Shown: one piece after another, positions 18,052 to 27,986 of the stretch
How positions within the stretch are numbered: position 1 is the first letter of the stretch
Layout of the letters: the number at the start of each line of letters is the position of its first letter
NCBI GenBank assembly: GCA_934101645.1
Contig: CAKORX010000003.1
Coordinates: forward strand, 5,179 to 69,178
DNA: 64,000 bases
Reading direction: 5' to 3'
DNA from: an uncultured Bacilli bacterium
GTDB taxonomy: Bacteria; Bacillota_I; Bacilli_A; RF39; UBA660
Notes under the pieces: generated by a model
The model's input: only the letters and a program-made list of their open reading frames with translations
Databases searched by the model: none
What the model was told of the DNA's origin: nothing
Translations under genes and position numbers: made by a program

Positions 18052-18462
18052 ATGGGCTTTAAATTAAAAAAATTGTTTGTTGATAATGATGATGATATGA
18101 TGCAAAATGTTAGTGAAGATGAATTTTATACAATAAGTAAAGATGATGCAATGAAAGAAGCAGATAAAGTTGGAAATAAGATGATTTTATTAGAACCAAG
18201 AGCTTATTCTGAATCACAACAAATTGCAGATCACCTTAAAAATCGTAATTCTGTAGTAGTAAATTTAAAAAGAGTTACTGCGGAACAAGCTAAAAGAATT
18301 ATTGATTTTTTAAGCGGTTGCATTTATGCAATTGGCGGTTCTATGCAAAAAATTGGTGTTGGAATATATTTATGTACACCAAAAAATGTTAATGTTCAAG
18401 GAAAAATAACTGACGAAGCTGATAAAAAAGAAAAAGAAGAATCTGAAGAAATAGATTGGTAA
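18052..18462 (+). CDS. sepF: cell division protein SepF
   Basis: ...MILLEPRAYSESQQIADHLKNRNSVVVNLKRV...DFLSGCIYAIGGSMQKIG... is a typical SepF/DUF552 core. AGGAGG RBS lies 9 nt before ATG 18052. Confidence 0.8.
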   Translation: MGFKLKKLFVDNDDDMMQNVSEDEFYTISKDDAMKEADKVGNKMILLEPRAYSESQQIADHLKNRNSVVVNLKRVTAEQAKRIIDFLSGCIYAIGGSMQKIGVGIYLCTPKNVNVQGKITDEADKKEKEESEEIDW

Positions 18463-18475
18463 AGGGGCCTAAACC

Positions 18476-18901
18476 ATGGTTAAATTTAGAACAAATATCT
18501 ATGGTTATAATAAAGATGATGTTGTTAAGTTTGTTAATAAAGTAGCTGAAGAATATGAAAATATTTATCAAAAACTTCGTACAGCAACTTTAGAAGCAGA
18601 AAGTCTTAGAAAAGAAATAGAAAAATATCAAAACTTGGAAAAGACTTTAAACGACACTCTTTTGCTTGCACAAGAAACTAGTGCAAATGCTCAAAAAGCT
18701 GCTTTTGCACAAAGTAAATTAATTATTGAGGATGCTAAAAATAATGCTTCGAAAATAGTTAATAATTCCTTAGTTAAAGCTCAAAATATAGAACGTGAAG
18801 CAGAAGAGTTACAACGAAAAGTTATAAGTTATAAAAAGAGGTTTATTGCTTTAGTCGAGTCACAAGTTGACGAGATGGATAAATTTGATGAAAGGCTTTA
18901 A
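18476..18901 (+). CDS. DivIVA-domain protein
   Basis: N-terminal F...GYNKDDV..F DivIVA motif followed by coiled coil. 141 aa. Confidence 0.75.
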   Translation: MVKFRTNIYGYNKDDVVKFVNKVAEEYENIYQKLRTATLEAESLRKEIEKYQNLEKTLNDTLLLAQETSANAQKAAFAQSKLIIEDAKNNASKIVNNSLVKAQNIEREAEELQRKVISYKKRFIALVESQVDEMDKFDERL

Positions 18902-19696
18902 ATGAAAACGAGAATTATTAGTGCCATTATAGCAATTGCTATAGCTGTGCCGTTTGTTTATTTTGGAAAAGAATTATTTATGTTTGGAGTAGGGCTTATT
19001 TGTTTATGGTCGTATAAGGAAATTATGGATTTAAAAAAAACACATAAAAAAATTCCAAACGTACCGAAATTTTTAGGATTATTTGGACTACTTATGATAG
19101 TATTTTCAAATACTAGTTATTCCCTTTATTATAGTGGTGTATCATATATTTATTTAGCGGTATTATGCTTTACATTAATTATACCAACACTATTTTATGA
19201 TGATGATAAATATACAATAAAAGATGCATTTCATTTAGTTGGTTTACTTTTATTTGTTGGACTTGGTTTTAATAGTATTATTTTAGTGAGAAATATTGAT
19301 ATTAAATTATTTTTGTATTTGGTATCTATTCCGGTAATTACTGACTCGTTTGCCCTTTTCGTGGGTAAAAGATTTGGTAAAAATAAAATGTGTCCAAATA
19401 TTAGCCCTAAGAAAACTTGGGAAGGTATGATTGGTGGAACTATTTTTGGAACAATCATTCCACTTATTATCTATTATTTATTTTTTAAAGAATTTAATTT
19501 TATTATGGTTTTAATAACATTTATTTTAACAATAATGGATCAAATTGGTGATCTAATATTTAGTAAGTTAAAAAGAGAAAATGATATAAAAGATTTTTCA
19601 AATATTATGCCTGGACATGGTGGTGCCCTAGATAGACTTGATAGTACGCTTGTTATATTTATTACATATGTAGCACTATCATTAATATTATTATAA
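18902..19696 (+). CDS. cdsA: phosphatidate cytidylyltransferase
   Basis: Polytopic membrane protein with the C-terminal KRxxxxKDxxxxxPGHGGxxDRxDS signature (KRENDIKDFSNIMPGHGGALDRLDS). Confidence 0.85.
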   Translation: MKTRIISAIIAIAIAVPFVYFGKELFMFGVGLICLWSYKEIMDLKKTHKKIPNVPKFLGLFGLLMIVFSNTSYSLYYSGVSYIYLAVLCFTLIIPTLFYDDDKYTIKDAFHLVGLLLFVGLGFNSIILVRNIDIKLFLYLVSIPVITDSFALFVGKRFGKNKMCPNISPKKTWEGMIGGTIFGTIIPLIIYYLFFKEFNFIMVLITFILTIMDQIGDLIFSKLKRENDIKDFSNIMPGHGGALDRLDSTLVIFITYVALSLILL

Positions 19697-19709
19697 AGGA
19701 GGAAGAAAA

Positions 19710-20783
19710 ATGTTTGCAAGTATAGGATTATTTATAGTAAAAATATTATTACTTTTATTTATTTTAGGAATAATAATTTTAGTTCATGAGTTTGGTCATT
19801 TTATATGGGCTAAGAAATTCGGCGTTTATATTTATGAATTTTCTATAGGAATGGGTCCAGTTATTCATACTCATAAAGGAAAAAAGGACAAAATAAATTA
19901 TAATATTCGTCTTATACCAATTGGTGGATTTGTATCAATGGCTGGCGAGGTATATGATAATGATGAAAAAATACCTAAATCTAAATTAATGTGTAATAAA
20001 AAATGGTACCAAAGGCTTATTATTTTAGTCGCTGGTGTTGTAAATAATTTTATTTTAGCAATAGTAATACTTTTTGCCTATACTTTAATTTGGGGTGGTG
20101 GAGCTATAACACCTAAGGTTAGTGAGACTATAGCTGATAAACCTGCCGCAGCTGCGGGAATTAAAGAAGGCGATGTAATTACAAGCATTAATGGCTATCA
20201 TGTTTCATCTTGGGATAAAGCTCAAATAATTTTATATTATAAAAATAATAAAGACTATTATACATTTGAAGTAAAACATTCTGATGGAAATAAAGAAACT
20301 ATTAAAGTAAAACCAGAAATTATTAAAGATGAAGAAACTGGCACAGAAAGTAAATTATTTGGTATAAAAATTAAAGAAGCTGATACATCAAATGTATTTA
20401 AGGCATTTATTTATAGTATTCAAAAATTTGCAAGTATTATAAGTTCAATGGTTTATACAATATGGGGATTAATTGCTGGTAAAATAGGCCTTTCTGCATT
20501 ATCAGGTCCTGTTGGAATTTATGAAGTAGTGGGTCAAACTATTAATTATGGAATCAATTATTTCTTATATATTTTGGCATTTTTATCAATAAATGTAGGA
20601 TTTATAAATATATTACCATTCCCAGCATTTGATGGAGGACATGTATTTTTCTTAATTGTAGAGAAAATTAAAGGAAAACCTGTAAATGCTAAATTTGAAA
20701 GTACATGCCATTTAATTGGCTTTATATTAATATTTCTACTTATGATAATTGTTACAATAAACGATATAATTAAGTTATTTTAA
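19710..20783 (+). CDS. rseP: RIP zinc metalloprotease RseP (site-2 protease)
   Basis: HEFGHF zinc motif in the first TM, a central PDZ domain (GIKEGDVITSING) and LDGG motif. 357 aa. Confidence 0.85.
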   Translation: MFASIGLFIVKILLLLFILGIIILVHEFGHFIWAKKFGVYIYEFSIGMGPVIHTHKGKKDKINYNIRLIPIGGFVSMAGEVYDNDEKIPKSKLMCNKKWYQRLIILVAGVVNNFILAIVILFAYTLIWGGGAITPKVSETIADKPAAAAGIKEGDVITSINGYHVSSWDKAQIILYYKNNKDYYTFEVKHSDGNKETIKVKPEIIKDEETGTESKLFGIKIKEADTSNVFKAFIYSIQKFASIISSMVYTIWGLIAGKIGLSALSGPVGIYEVVGQTINYGINYFLYILAFLSINVGFINILPFPAFDGGHVFFLIVEKIKGKPVNAKFESTCHLIGFILIFLLMIIVTINDIIKLF

Positions 20784-20797
20784 CTTAATTATTTTTT

Positions 20798-20874
20798 GTC
20801 CTCGTAACTCAATTGAATAGAGTACTTGCCTCCGACGCAAGAAGTTATGGGTTTAAATCCCATCGAGGACACCA
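20798..20874 (+). tRNA. tRNA-Arg (CCG) with non-canonical D- and T-loops
   Basis: 7-bp acceptor stem GTCCTCG/CGAGGAC plus ACCA; anticodon stem CTTGC/GCAAG with loop cuCCGac. The D-loop AATTGAATA lacks G18G19 and the T-loop is TTTAAAT, with U where C56 is normally found. Confidence 0.65.
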
Positions 20875-20943
20875 TATTATAATATGTTTATTGTTAAGGT
20901 TTACACAAGTATGATATAGTGATAATATTAAAATGGTGGTAGT

Positions 20944-21450
20944 ATGGAAAATAAAAAATCTAAAAAAGAAATAGTTAAAATGTTATTAAAGAAAAATTTG
21001 GATAGTAATGATGAAGAAGAACTTCTTGATATGCTTATTAATGAACCAATCGCAGTTGATGTAGACAAACAAAGTGATTTAAATAGAACTTTTGGTGATA
21101 AACTTGCAGATAAAATTACTGAAGTGGCGGGAAGTTGGCCATTTATAATATGCTTAATTATTTTCTTAATTTTATGGATTTTGTTAAATATTTTCATTTT
21201 AAAAGAGGCTGATCCATATCCATTTATTTTACTTAATCTGTTACTTTCATGTGTTGCAGCACTTCAGGCACCGATAATTATGATGAGCCAAAATAGAGAA
21301 TCTAAAAAAGACAGATTAAGAAGTTTAAATGATTATAAGACAGATTTAAAAAGTGAACTTATTTTGGAAGAATTGCATCTAGAATTACAAAAAGTAATTA
21401 ATAATCAAAATAAAATACTTAAACTTTTAGAAGATAAAGATGAAGAATAG
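20944..21450 (+). CDS. DUF1003 membrane protein
   Basis: 168 aa with two TMs and ...MSQNRESKKDRL..., characteristic of the DUF1003 family. Confidence 0.65.
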   Translation: MENKKSKKEIVKMLLKKNLDSNDEEELLDMLINEPIAVDVDKQSDLNRTFGDKLADKITEVAGSWPFIICLIIFLILWILLNIFILKEADPYPFILLNLLLSCVAALQAPIIMMSQNRESKKDRLRSLNDYKTDLKSELILEELHLELQKVINNQNKILKLLEDKDEE

Positions 21451-21488
21451 TAGTTTATTTCTGAATATTTAAATGGTATACTACTTGT

Positions 21489-23288
21489 ATGAAAAAGAAG
21501 TTTATAAATTTATTTTTAAGTATTATTTCAACACTTTCATTATTTTTAAATTTTAAAAAAATATATTTGAATAAAAGTGGCATTGTAAATATATGGAGTA
21601 TTATTTTAATTATTATATTCGCAATTGTATTTTATTTGTTTTATAACAAAGTTGATTTAAAAAAAAGTTTAAAAGAAGATAAAATTTTATCTTCATTATT
21701 TTCTATTTTCACTTTAATAGGACAAAGTTATCGAAGTGTTTCAAGTTTAAGTATACTATTTAAAAAATATATGTTTATTTTTACAATATTTAGATTTATT
21801 GGATTATATTTTTTATATTTACTTTTAATTTATTACTACAAAAAATGTATTAATAATTTTAAAAATCGTCCTGATTTAAAAGAAAATAGATTTATAAAGA
21901 TATTTAATAAACATCCGTTTTTAACTAGCTTAGTTGTAATATGTTTAGTTTGGACAATATATTATATTGCATTTTATCCAGCAGTATTATCTCCAGACCC
22001 TAGTTACCAAATAAAACAAGCGTTTAATGTTAGAACAAAGTATAATGATTATTCTATTCAAATTAACCCTAAGGTAAATATTACAAATCACCATCCGGTT
22101 TTTCATACGCTTCTTTTAGGAGGATGCATTAGACTTGGAAGACTTATTTTAAATGATAATTTTGGTTTATTTATTTATACATTTACGCAAGGAATGTTTT
22201 TGGCAGTAACGCTTGCATATACAGTTTTATTATTGAAAAAGAAAAATATTCAAAATAAATATTTAATACCACTTTTACTTATTTATTCATTTGTTCCATG
22301 TTTTCCTTTTTATGCAATTAATATGAATAAAGATGTTTATTATACGACATTTATTATATGGTTAATAATTCTTTTGATAAGGTATATAGAATGTTTTAAA
22401 ACTACTAAAGTTACTAAATCGTTTTTACTAGAATATTTTATAGTATCAATATTTTTATGTTTATTTAGAAATAATGGAATATTTTTAATTATTATGCTTC
22501 TTCCTTTCTTATATAAATTTAGCAAAAAAAATAGGATAAGTATTTTAATTGTTACAATTCTTATAACGGGATTATATTATTCTTATACAAAAATATTGCT
22601 TCCAAAGCTTGGAGTTACTGGAACAAGTGTAAGGGAAGCATTAAGTATACCATTTCAGCAAAGTGCTAGATATATAAAATATTATGAAAGCGAACTTTCT
22701 TTAAAAGATAAAGAAAATATAGGAAAAGTTTTAAACTATGAAGTTATTAAAAATAGTTATGATCCTCAGCTTTCAGATCCTGTGAAAAATACGTATAATA
22801 AGTATGCCACGAAAGAAGAACTATTAAATTATTTTGATACTTGGGCTCATGGACTAATAAAAAGACCATTTCTTTATCTAGATGCAACATTAAACAATAT
22901 TTATGGATTTTTTGACCCTGGAGATATACATTGGTATATATATTCTAGATATAATGATACGATAACTGAAAATGGACTTGTGGATTATCATTATAATAAT
23001 TTGAACATCTTGCGAGTAATTCTTAAAAATTATGCCTATGCATTTAAGGTTATTCCTGTATTAGGTTTAATTGTTACTCCAGGATTTAATACTTGGATTT
23101 TACTTTGCTTAATTATATATATTTTAAAATCAAAAAAGAAAGATGAAATTATAGTATTACTTCCTATGATAGTTTCGCTTGTATTTTGTGTTTTAGGACC
23201 AGCGAATAATTACTATAGGTACGCTATGCCATATGTTTTTTCAATGCCATTTGTTGTGGTATATTATTTAAATAAAAAAGTTAGATAA
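21489..23288 (+). CDS. large polytopic membrane protein (unassigned, possibly glycosyltransferase-like)
   Basis: 599 aa with more than 10 TM helices. No definitive motif. Confidence 0.45.
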   Translation: MKKKFINLFLSIISTLSLFLNFKKIYLNKSGIVNIWSIILIIIFAIVFYLFYNKVDLKKSLKEDKILSSLFSIFTLIGQSYRSVSSLSILFKKYMFIFTIFRFIGLYFLYLLLIYYYKKCINNFKNRPDLKENRFIKIFNKHPFLTSLVVICLVWTIYYIAFYPAVLSPDPSYQIKQAFNVRTKYNDYSIQINPKVNITNHHPVFHTLLLGGCIRLGRLILNDNFGLFIYTFTQGMFLAVTLAYTVLLLKKKNIQNKYLIPLLLIYSFVPCFPFYAINMNKDVYYTTFIIWLIILLIRYIECFKTTKVTKSFLLEYFIVSIFLCLFRNNGIFLIIMLLPFLYKFSKKNRISILIVTILITGLYYSYTKILLPKLGVTGTSVREALSIPFQQSARYIKYYESELSLKDKENIGKVLNYEVIKNSYDPQLSDPVKNTYNKYATKEELLNYFDTWAHGLIKRPFLYLDATLNNIYGFFDPGDIHWYIYSRYNDTITENGLVDYHYNNLNILRVILKNYAYAFKVIPVLGLIVTPGFNTWILLCLIIYILKSKKKDEIIVLLPMIVSLVFCVLGPANNYYRYAMPYVFSMPFVVVYYLNKKVR

Positions 23289-24384
23289 TAATTGGTTTAT
23301 TAGCTAACTCTTTTTTTTGCTCATTACATCCCGTAATCATATCATAAATTATCGCGGATTTTAGTTCATAATTATATGTGATAGATTTTTTATCTTTTTT
23401 AATAGGAATAGAAATATTCTTTTTTATTTTATTTATATAATCTTTACCTTTTTGGGAAAAACCTAAAATATTAATATATTCAATTTCTAAATTTGCATCA
23501 TTTTTTTTAATATTTAATAAAATATGAATCAGCATACGATTTATTTTGTTATATGTATATTTTTGGGATTTAATATTTTTAATTAATTCCTCCAAATTAT
23601 CCACATTTTTAATAGTTTTTTTCAAAAGATAGTTCATTGACTTGTCAACATCAAGTACGTCGCTTATGTCATTATTTAGGATTTGAATTTTAATTAAATT
23701 AAAAAGTAATGAAGTATCAATTTTAATTATTTTATCCATTGAATAATTTGGTAAATATCTTTTTATATCTTTATTATTTTTAATTTTTTCACGAATATTT
23801 AAAGCACTAATTATATCATCATTACTTTCTTTATCTAAATAATCATTTGTTCTTTTTATAGTTTGAGCTTCGATTAAAAAATTATTTGTTAAAATCGATT
23901 TAACATAACATATTCCTAAAAGGTCATTTGAATTATAAGAAAAATCTTCATTAATTACTTTACTAAGAGCAGTAGGGTAATTAAGTCCATTTTTTAAATG
24001 AACTTTTATATTTTCATTATTATGATTTTCAATGGATTTTTTTGCAATCAATTTTATTTTTTCTATATCATCACATTCACTACCAAAAATAATCTTTTTT
24101 ACCTTAAAATAATTTAATAATTTTATTGATGCGTCAGAAAATGTATCTGCACTTTGAGTTCCATATAAAACAGGCAATTCCAAAACTATATCAACGCCAC
24201 TTAATAAAGAAATATGAGTTTTATCATATTTGGATATTATAGAGGGTTCTCCGCGCTGAAGAAAATAGCCATTTAGAACTAAAACTAATAAACTATCCGG
24301 ATACATTTCCTTAATTTTATTTATATGATATAAGTGACCATTATGAAATGGATTATATTCTGCGATTAAACCTATTATTTCCAT
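23281..24384 (-). CDS. tmcAL: tRNA(Met) cytidine acetate ligase (YlbM/DUF795 nucleotidyltransferase-fold)
   Basis: N-terminal GLIAEYNPFHNGHLYHI HIGH-like motif and overall YlbM/TmcAL pattern. 367 aa. Confidence 0.7.
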   Translation of the reverse strand: MEIIGLIAEYNPFHNGHLYHINKIKEMYPDSLLVLVLNGYFLQRGEPSIISKYDKTHISLLSGVDIVLELPVLYGTQSADTFSDASIKLLNYFKVKKIIFGSECDDIEKIKLIAKKSIENHNNENIKVHLKNGLNYPTALSKVINEDFSYNSNDLLGICYVKSILTNNFLIEAQTIKRTNDYLDKESNDDIISALNIREKIKNNKDIKRYLPNYSMDKIIKIDTSLLFNLIKIQILNNDISDVLDVDKSMNYLLKKTIKNVDNLEELIKNIKSQKYTYNKINRMLIHILLNIKKNDANLEIEYINILGFSQKGKDYINKIKKNISIPIKKDKKSITYNYELKSAIIYDMITGCNEQKKELANKPIII

Positions 24385-24449
24385 GCAACTAATATATAAA
24401 ATATTTCTTTATTTGTCAATTTATATTATAATACCAATTGAGGGAAAAT

Positions 24450-25310
24450 ATGATTATATGTGTATGTGGTCCAACAGGGATAGGAAAGACTAAATTAAGT
24501 GAATTATTAGCAGAGAAATATAATGCAATTATTTTAAATGCAGATGCAACTCAAATTTATCAAGAACTTAATATTGGTAGTGCAAAAATAACTAAAGAAG
24601 AAATGGGCAATCGTCAGCATTATTTATTTGATATCAAAAAGCCTAATGAAGATTATAGTGTTATGGAATATCAAAATGATGCAAGAAGAATATTAAATGA
24701 TTACAATGACAAAAATATTGTTGTTGTCGGCGGAACTGGTTTATATATTAAAGCATTATTCTTTGATTATGTATTTGATGAGATGAAAAAAAATAATTTT
24801 GATAATTTAAGTAATGATGAACTGTATACTCTTGCAATGAAAAAAGATCCTAAGTGTAATTTGCACAGGAATAATAGAGTAAGACTTATAAATTTTTTAA
24901 ATCGAACAAAACAAGAAAATAATAAAGATGTTAAACTATATGATGTAATTTTCGTAGGGCTTACTGCAGAAAGAAGCAAAATATATGATATATGTAATAA
25001 AAGAGTAGATATAATGATTAAAAGTGGTTTACTAAATGAAGTTAAAACATTAAAAGAAAAATATCCAAATTCAAATATTTTAAAACGCGCTATAGGTTAT
25101 AAAGAATTAATAAGTTATTTAGATAGTAATATTTCATACAATGATGCTATAGAGCTTATAAAGAAAAATACAAGGCATTATGTAAAAAGACAATATACAT
25201 GGTTTAATAATCAACTTGATATAAAATGGTTTGATGTAGATTTTGATAATTTCAATAATACATATGAAGATGTAATAAAATATATTGAAGCAAACAAAAA
25301 GGCAAATTAA
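24450..25310 (+). CDS. miaA: tRNA dimethylallyltransferase
   Basis: GPTGIGKT P-loop at the N-terminus and ...DATQIYQELNIGSAK... 287 aa from ATG 24450. The track ORF starts at TTG 24438. Confidence 0.9.
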   Translation: MIICVCGPTGIGKTKLSELLAEKYNAIILNADATQIYQELNIGSAKITKEEMGNRQHYLFDIKKPNEDYSVMEYQNDARRILNDYNDKNIVVVGGTGLYIKALFFDYVFDEMKKNNFDNLSNDELYTLAMKKDPKCNLHRNNRVRLINFLNRTKQENNKDVKLYDVIFVGLTAERSKIYDICNKRVDIMIKSGLLNEVKTLKEKYPNSNILKRAIGYKELISYLDSNISYNDAIELIKKNTRHYVKRQYTWFNNQLDIKWFDVDFDNFNNTYEDVIKYIEANKKAN

Positions 25311-25321
25311 TTGCCATTTTT

Positions 25322-26302
25322 TTATGAACCAAAAGCTTTCAAATTATTAATTTTATCATTAAATTCTAAATAATAGTTTTTATCAAAATTATGTTCTTCG
25401 ATTTCAACTTTTCCAGAATCAACAGCCATTAAAGCGGTGGTATCGACTAAAAAATATTTATGATATAAATAGTCTTTACCATCATCACTAACTGGATCAT
25501 CCCAAGTTAGGTCTAGGTGAAGCCACTTATCATTTAAATAAACTGCATTCCAAATATGCCCATTTGATTTATAACCGACACTTTCTTTTGTAGTAGCAAT
25601 TTTATAGTTTTTAATATTAAACTTTGTTAAGAATATTGCCATTAAATCTGTGTATCCATTACATGTAGCCATGTGATCAAATAAAGGACCATATGCAATG
25701 TAAGATAAATATTTACTATCACCATTTTTATTTCTTTCTACGTCATATTTTGTGGTATTAATAATATAGTCATGAATAGTTTTAATTTTTTCGTATTCAT
25801 TCATTTCGGTAGTGATTTTTTCATTTATAATTTTATTAACTTCATTATCAATTTTTTCAATTTGATCTTTTGTATAAAGGTAGTTTATCTCAATAGTAAT
25901 TTCTCCGGATTCAAGCATGCTTGTTTTCATATTAGTAAAACTATTATAAGGATGAACATAGTTATTAACATGAGTTAAAGTAATATCATCTTTACTTATT
26001 TGTTCTATATCCTTTATACAATCGGTATATTCATTAGGACAATAAAAAGTAAAAGTATCCCAGCCATTATTAATTGTAGTATAAATAATGTTTAGTAAAT
26101 CGTTATAAGAATATGGTACAAATTCATTTACATTATGAACAAATAAGAAATTATCAGTTTTTGTATATTCATTTTTTTCTTTAATAAGAAGTTTTGGGGT
26201 TTCAGTAATTTTATTTGCAATAAGGTTACTTATAAAATCTGATTTATACGAAATAATAAGTAACAAGATAACACATATAATAGTTATAATAAATTTTTTC
26301 AT
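25322..26302 (-). CDS. transglutaminase-like cysteine-protease-domain protein, membrane-anchored/secreted
   Basis: N-terminal TM, then a C-terminal ...CNGYTDLMAIFL...GHIWNAVYL...LHLDLTWDD Cys-His-Asp transglutaminase-like core. Confidence 0.7.
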   Translation of the reverse strand: MKKFIITIICVILLLIISYKSDFISNLIANKITETPKLLIKEKNEYTKTDNFLFVHNVNEFVPYSYNDLLNIIYTTINNGWDTFTFYCPNEYTDCIKDIEQISKDDITLTHVNNYVHPYNSFTNMKTSMLESGEITIEINYLYTKDQIEKIDNEVNKIINEKITTEMNEYEKIKTIHDYIINTTKYDVERNKNGDSKYLSYIAYGPLFDHMATCNGYTDLMAIFLTKFNIKNYKIATTKESVGYKSNGHIWNAVYLNDKWLHLDLTWDDPVSDDGKDYLYHKYFLVDTTALMAVDSGKVEIEEHNFDKNYYLEFNDKINNLKAFGS

Positions 26303-26352
26303 ATTTATATTGTACTAAAAAATAGGTAATAAAAAAAGTAGTTTTTTAATAA

Positions 26353-26616
26353 CTACTTCATGTTTTTAATTTTTTGTGATAATCTTGATTTTTGTCTATC
26401 AGCTGTATTAGATTTAATTAATCCTTTACTTAAAGCTCCATCGCATTCTTTTTGAAATTTTTTAAATAACTCAGAAGCTTTTTCTTTATCGTTAGCTGCA
26501 ATTAATTTTTCTATATCTTTAATTAAGTTCTTAACTTGTGCTTTAGCTTCATGATTATTATCAGTTTTTTTAGCGATAACTTTAATTGCTTTTTTTGAAC
26601 TTTTAATATTTGCCAT
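26353..26616 (-). CDS. rpsT: 30S ribosomal protein S20
   Basis: MANIKSSKKAIKV...ADRQKSRLSQKIK is typical of bS20. 87 aa. Confidence 0.9.
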   Translation of the reverse strand: MANIKSSKKAIKVIAKKTDNNHEAKAQVKNLIKDIEKLIAANDKEKASELFKKFQKECDGALSKGLIKSNTADRQKSRLSQKIKNMK

Positions 26617-26765
26617 CTTTTCTTCCTTCCTTTTTAGTACGTAACTATTTTATCAAAACTTTTCTAGTTTAGCAAGTATTTTCAAGCATGCTAAGCAAAA
26701 ACCTTAAAAAACTTATTTAAAGATATTTTTTTCGACAAAAAAATTAGTATTTATTTGTTAATTTT

Positions 26766-27632
26766 ATGATGGTGATAAAAATGGGACATTTTAAAAGCAT
26801 GAGTAAAAAAAGAAAGATTCAAAGAAAAATAATATTTTTTTTACTAGAAATAATATCTGCTTTAATAATTGTCAAAGTTATTAAGAAAAATTATAAATTG
26901 AATGAAGATAAATTAGTTTATTTGACTTATAATTATTTAGGAAAAATCTCTAAAAAAGTTGAACAAGTAAATAATGAAGTTATTGAAAATACAACACCTA
27001 TATTTAAAAATGAAAGGGATCCCACAGTATACATTTACAATACTCATCAATCTGAAAAATATAAATACAGCAAAGTTAACAATTATAATTTAGATTATAC
27101 CGTTATGTTTGGCAGTCAAATATTAAAAGATTATTTAAATGAATATAATATTAATGCGTATGTAGAAGAAAATTTAATTAGTAAAGTTTTAAATGAAAAT
27201 AATCTTGTATATAAAGATAGCTATGTAGCAAGTAGAATACTTATGGAAAATGCTAAAAAAAGTAATCCCACTTTAAAGTATTTTATTGATTTACATAGAG
27301 ATTCTTCATCATACGAAAGAACTACATGTTTAATTAATGATGATTCATATGCAAAAGTATTGTTCGTTTTAGGACTAGAAAATCCAAACTATGAAAAAAA
27401 TAAGGAAATGATTAATGCGTTAAATAATAAAATTATTTCCTATAACAGTTGCTTATCAAGAGGAATAATGGAAAAAGAAGGTCCTTATTCAAATGGCGTA
27501 TATAATCAGGACTTTGATAAAAATACAATTCTAATTGAAGTCGGAGGACAATATAATGATATTAAACAGGTAGATAATACCTTAAAAGTTTTAGCAAAAG
27601 TTTTATATGAATATATTATGGAGGATTCATGA
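26766..27632 (+). CDS. spoIIP: stage II sporulation protein P family
   Basis: ...IYNTHQSEKY...HRDSSS... motifs of SpoIIP. Conserved position between rpsT and lepA. Confidence 0.8.
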   Translation: MMVIKMGHFKSMSKKRKIQRKIIFFLLEIISALIIVKVIKKNYKLNEDKLVYLTYNYLGKISKKVEQVNNEVIENTTPIFKNERDPTVYIYNTHQSEKYKYSKVNNYNLDYTVMFGSQILKDYLNEYNINAYVEENLISKVLNENNLVYKDSYVASRILMENAKKSNPTLKYFIDLHRDSSSYERTTCLINDDSYAKVLFVLGLENPNYEKNKEMINALNNKIISYNSCLSRGIMEKEGPYSNGVYNQDFDKNTILIEVGGQYNDIKQVDNTLKVLAKVLYEYIMEDS

Positions 27633-27955
27633 CAAATGATAAAAAAAATCCATTTTTTAAAATATTATCACTTTTATTTTTAATATATTTAGGATTATTT
27701 ATAGCTAAAGAAACTGGCTATTATGATAAAAATATTAGAGAAAAAACTTTACTTACAGAAACTAAAATTAATGATTTTGAAAATGATTTAAAGTCGGGTA
27801 AACCTGTTGATGTTATTTCATATTTACCTGAAGAAAAAGATTACTCTAACATATTAACTAAATCTGCGAATAAAGTTTCAAATAAAATAGGGATTTTGGT
27901 AAATTCAAAATCTAAGAACATATGGGATTTTATTAAGACTTTATTTATTTCTTAA
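27629..27955 (+). CDS. hypothetical small membrane protein (YqxA-position)
   Basis: 108 aa with one TM. It directly follows spoIIP as yqxA does in Bacillus. No sequence motif recognised. Confidence 0.4.
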   Translation: MTNDKKNPFFKILSLLFLIYLGLFIAKETGYYDKNIREKTLLTETKINDFENDLKSGKPVDVISYLPEEKDYSNILTKSANKVSNKIGILVNSKSKNIWDFIKTLFIS

Positions 27956-27986
27956 CTTTTTGTATAATAATATTTGGTGGAAGAAA

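Noticed and set aside
19231-19458. Antisense ORF within cdsA
   Set aside because: Shadow frame.
20928-21197. Minus-strand 89-aa ORF overlapping the DUF1003 gene
   Set aside because: It is antisense to a gene with a recognisable family motif and is Ser/Leu-rich low complexity.
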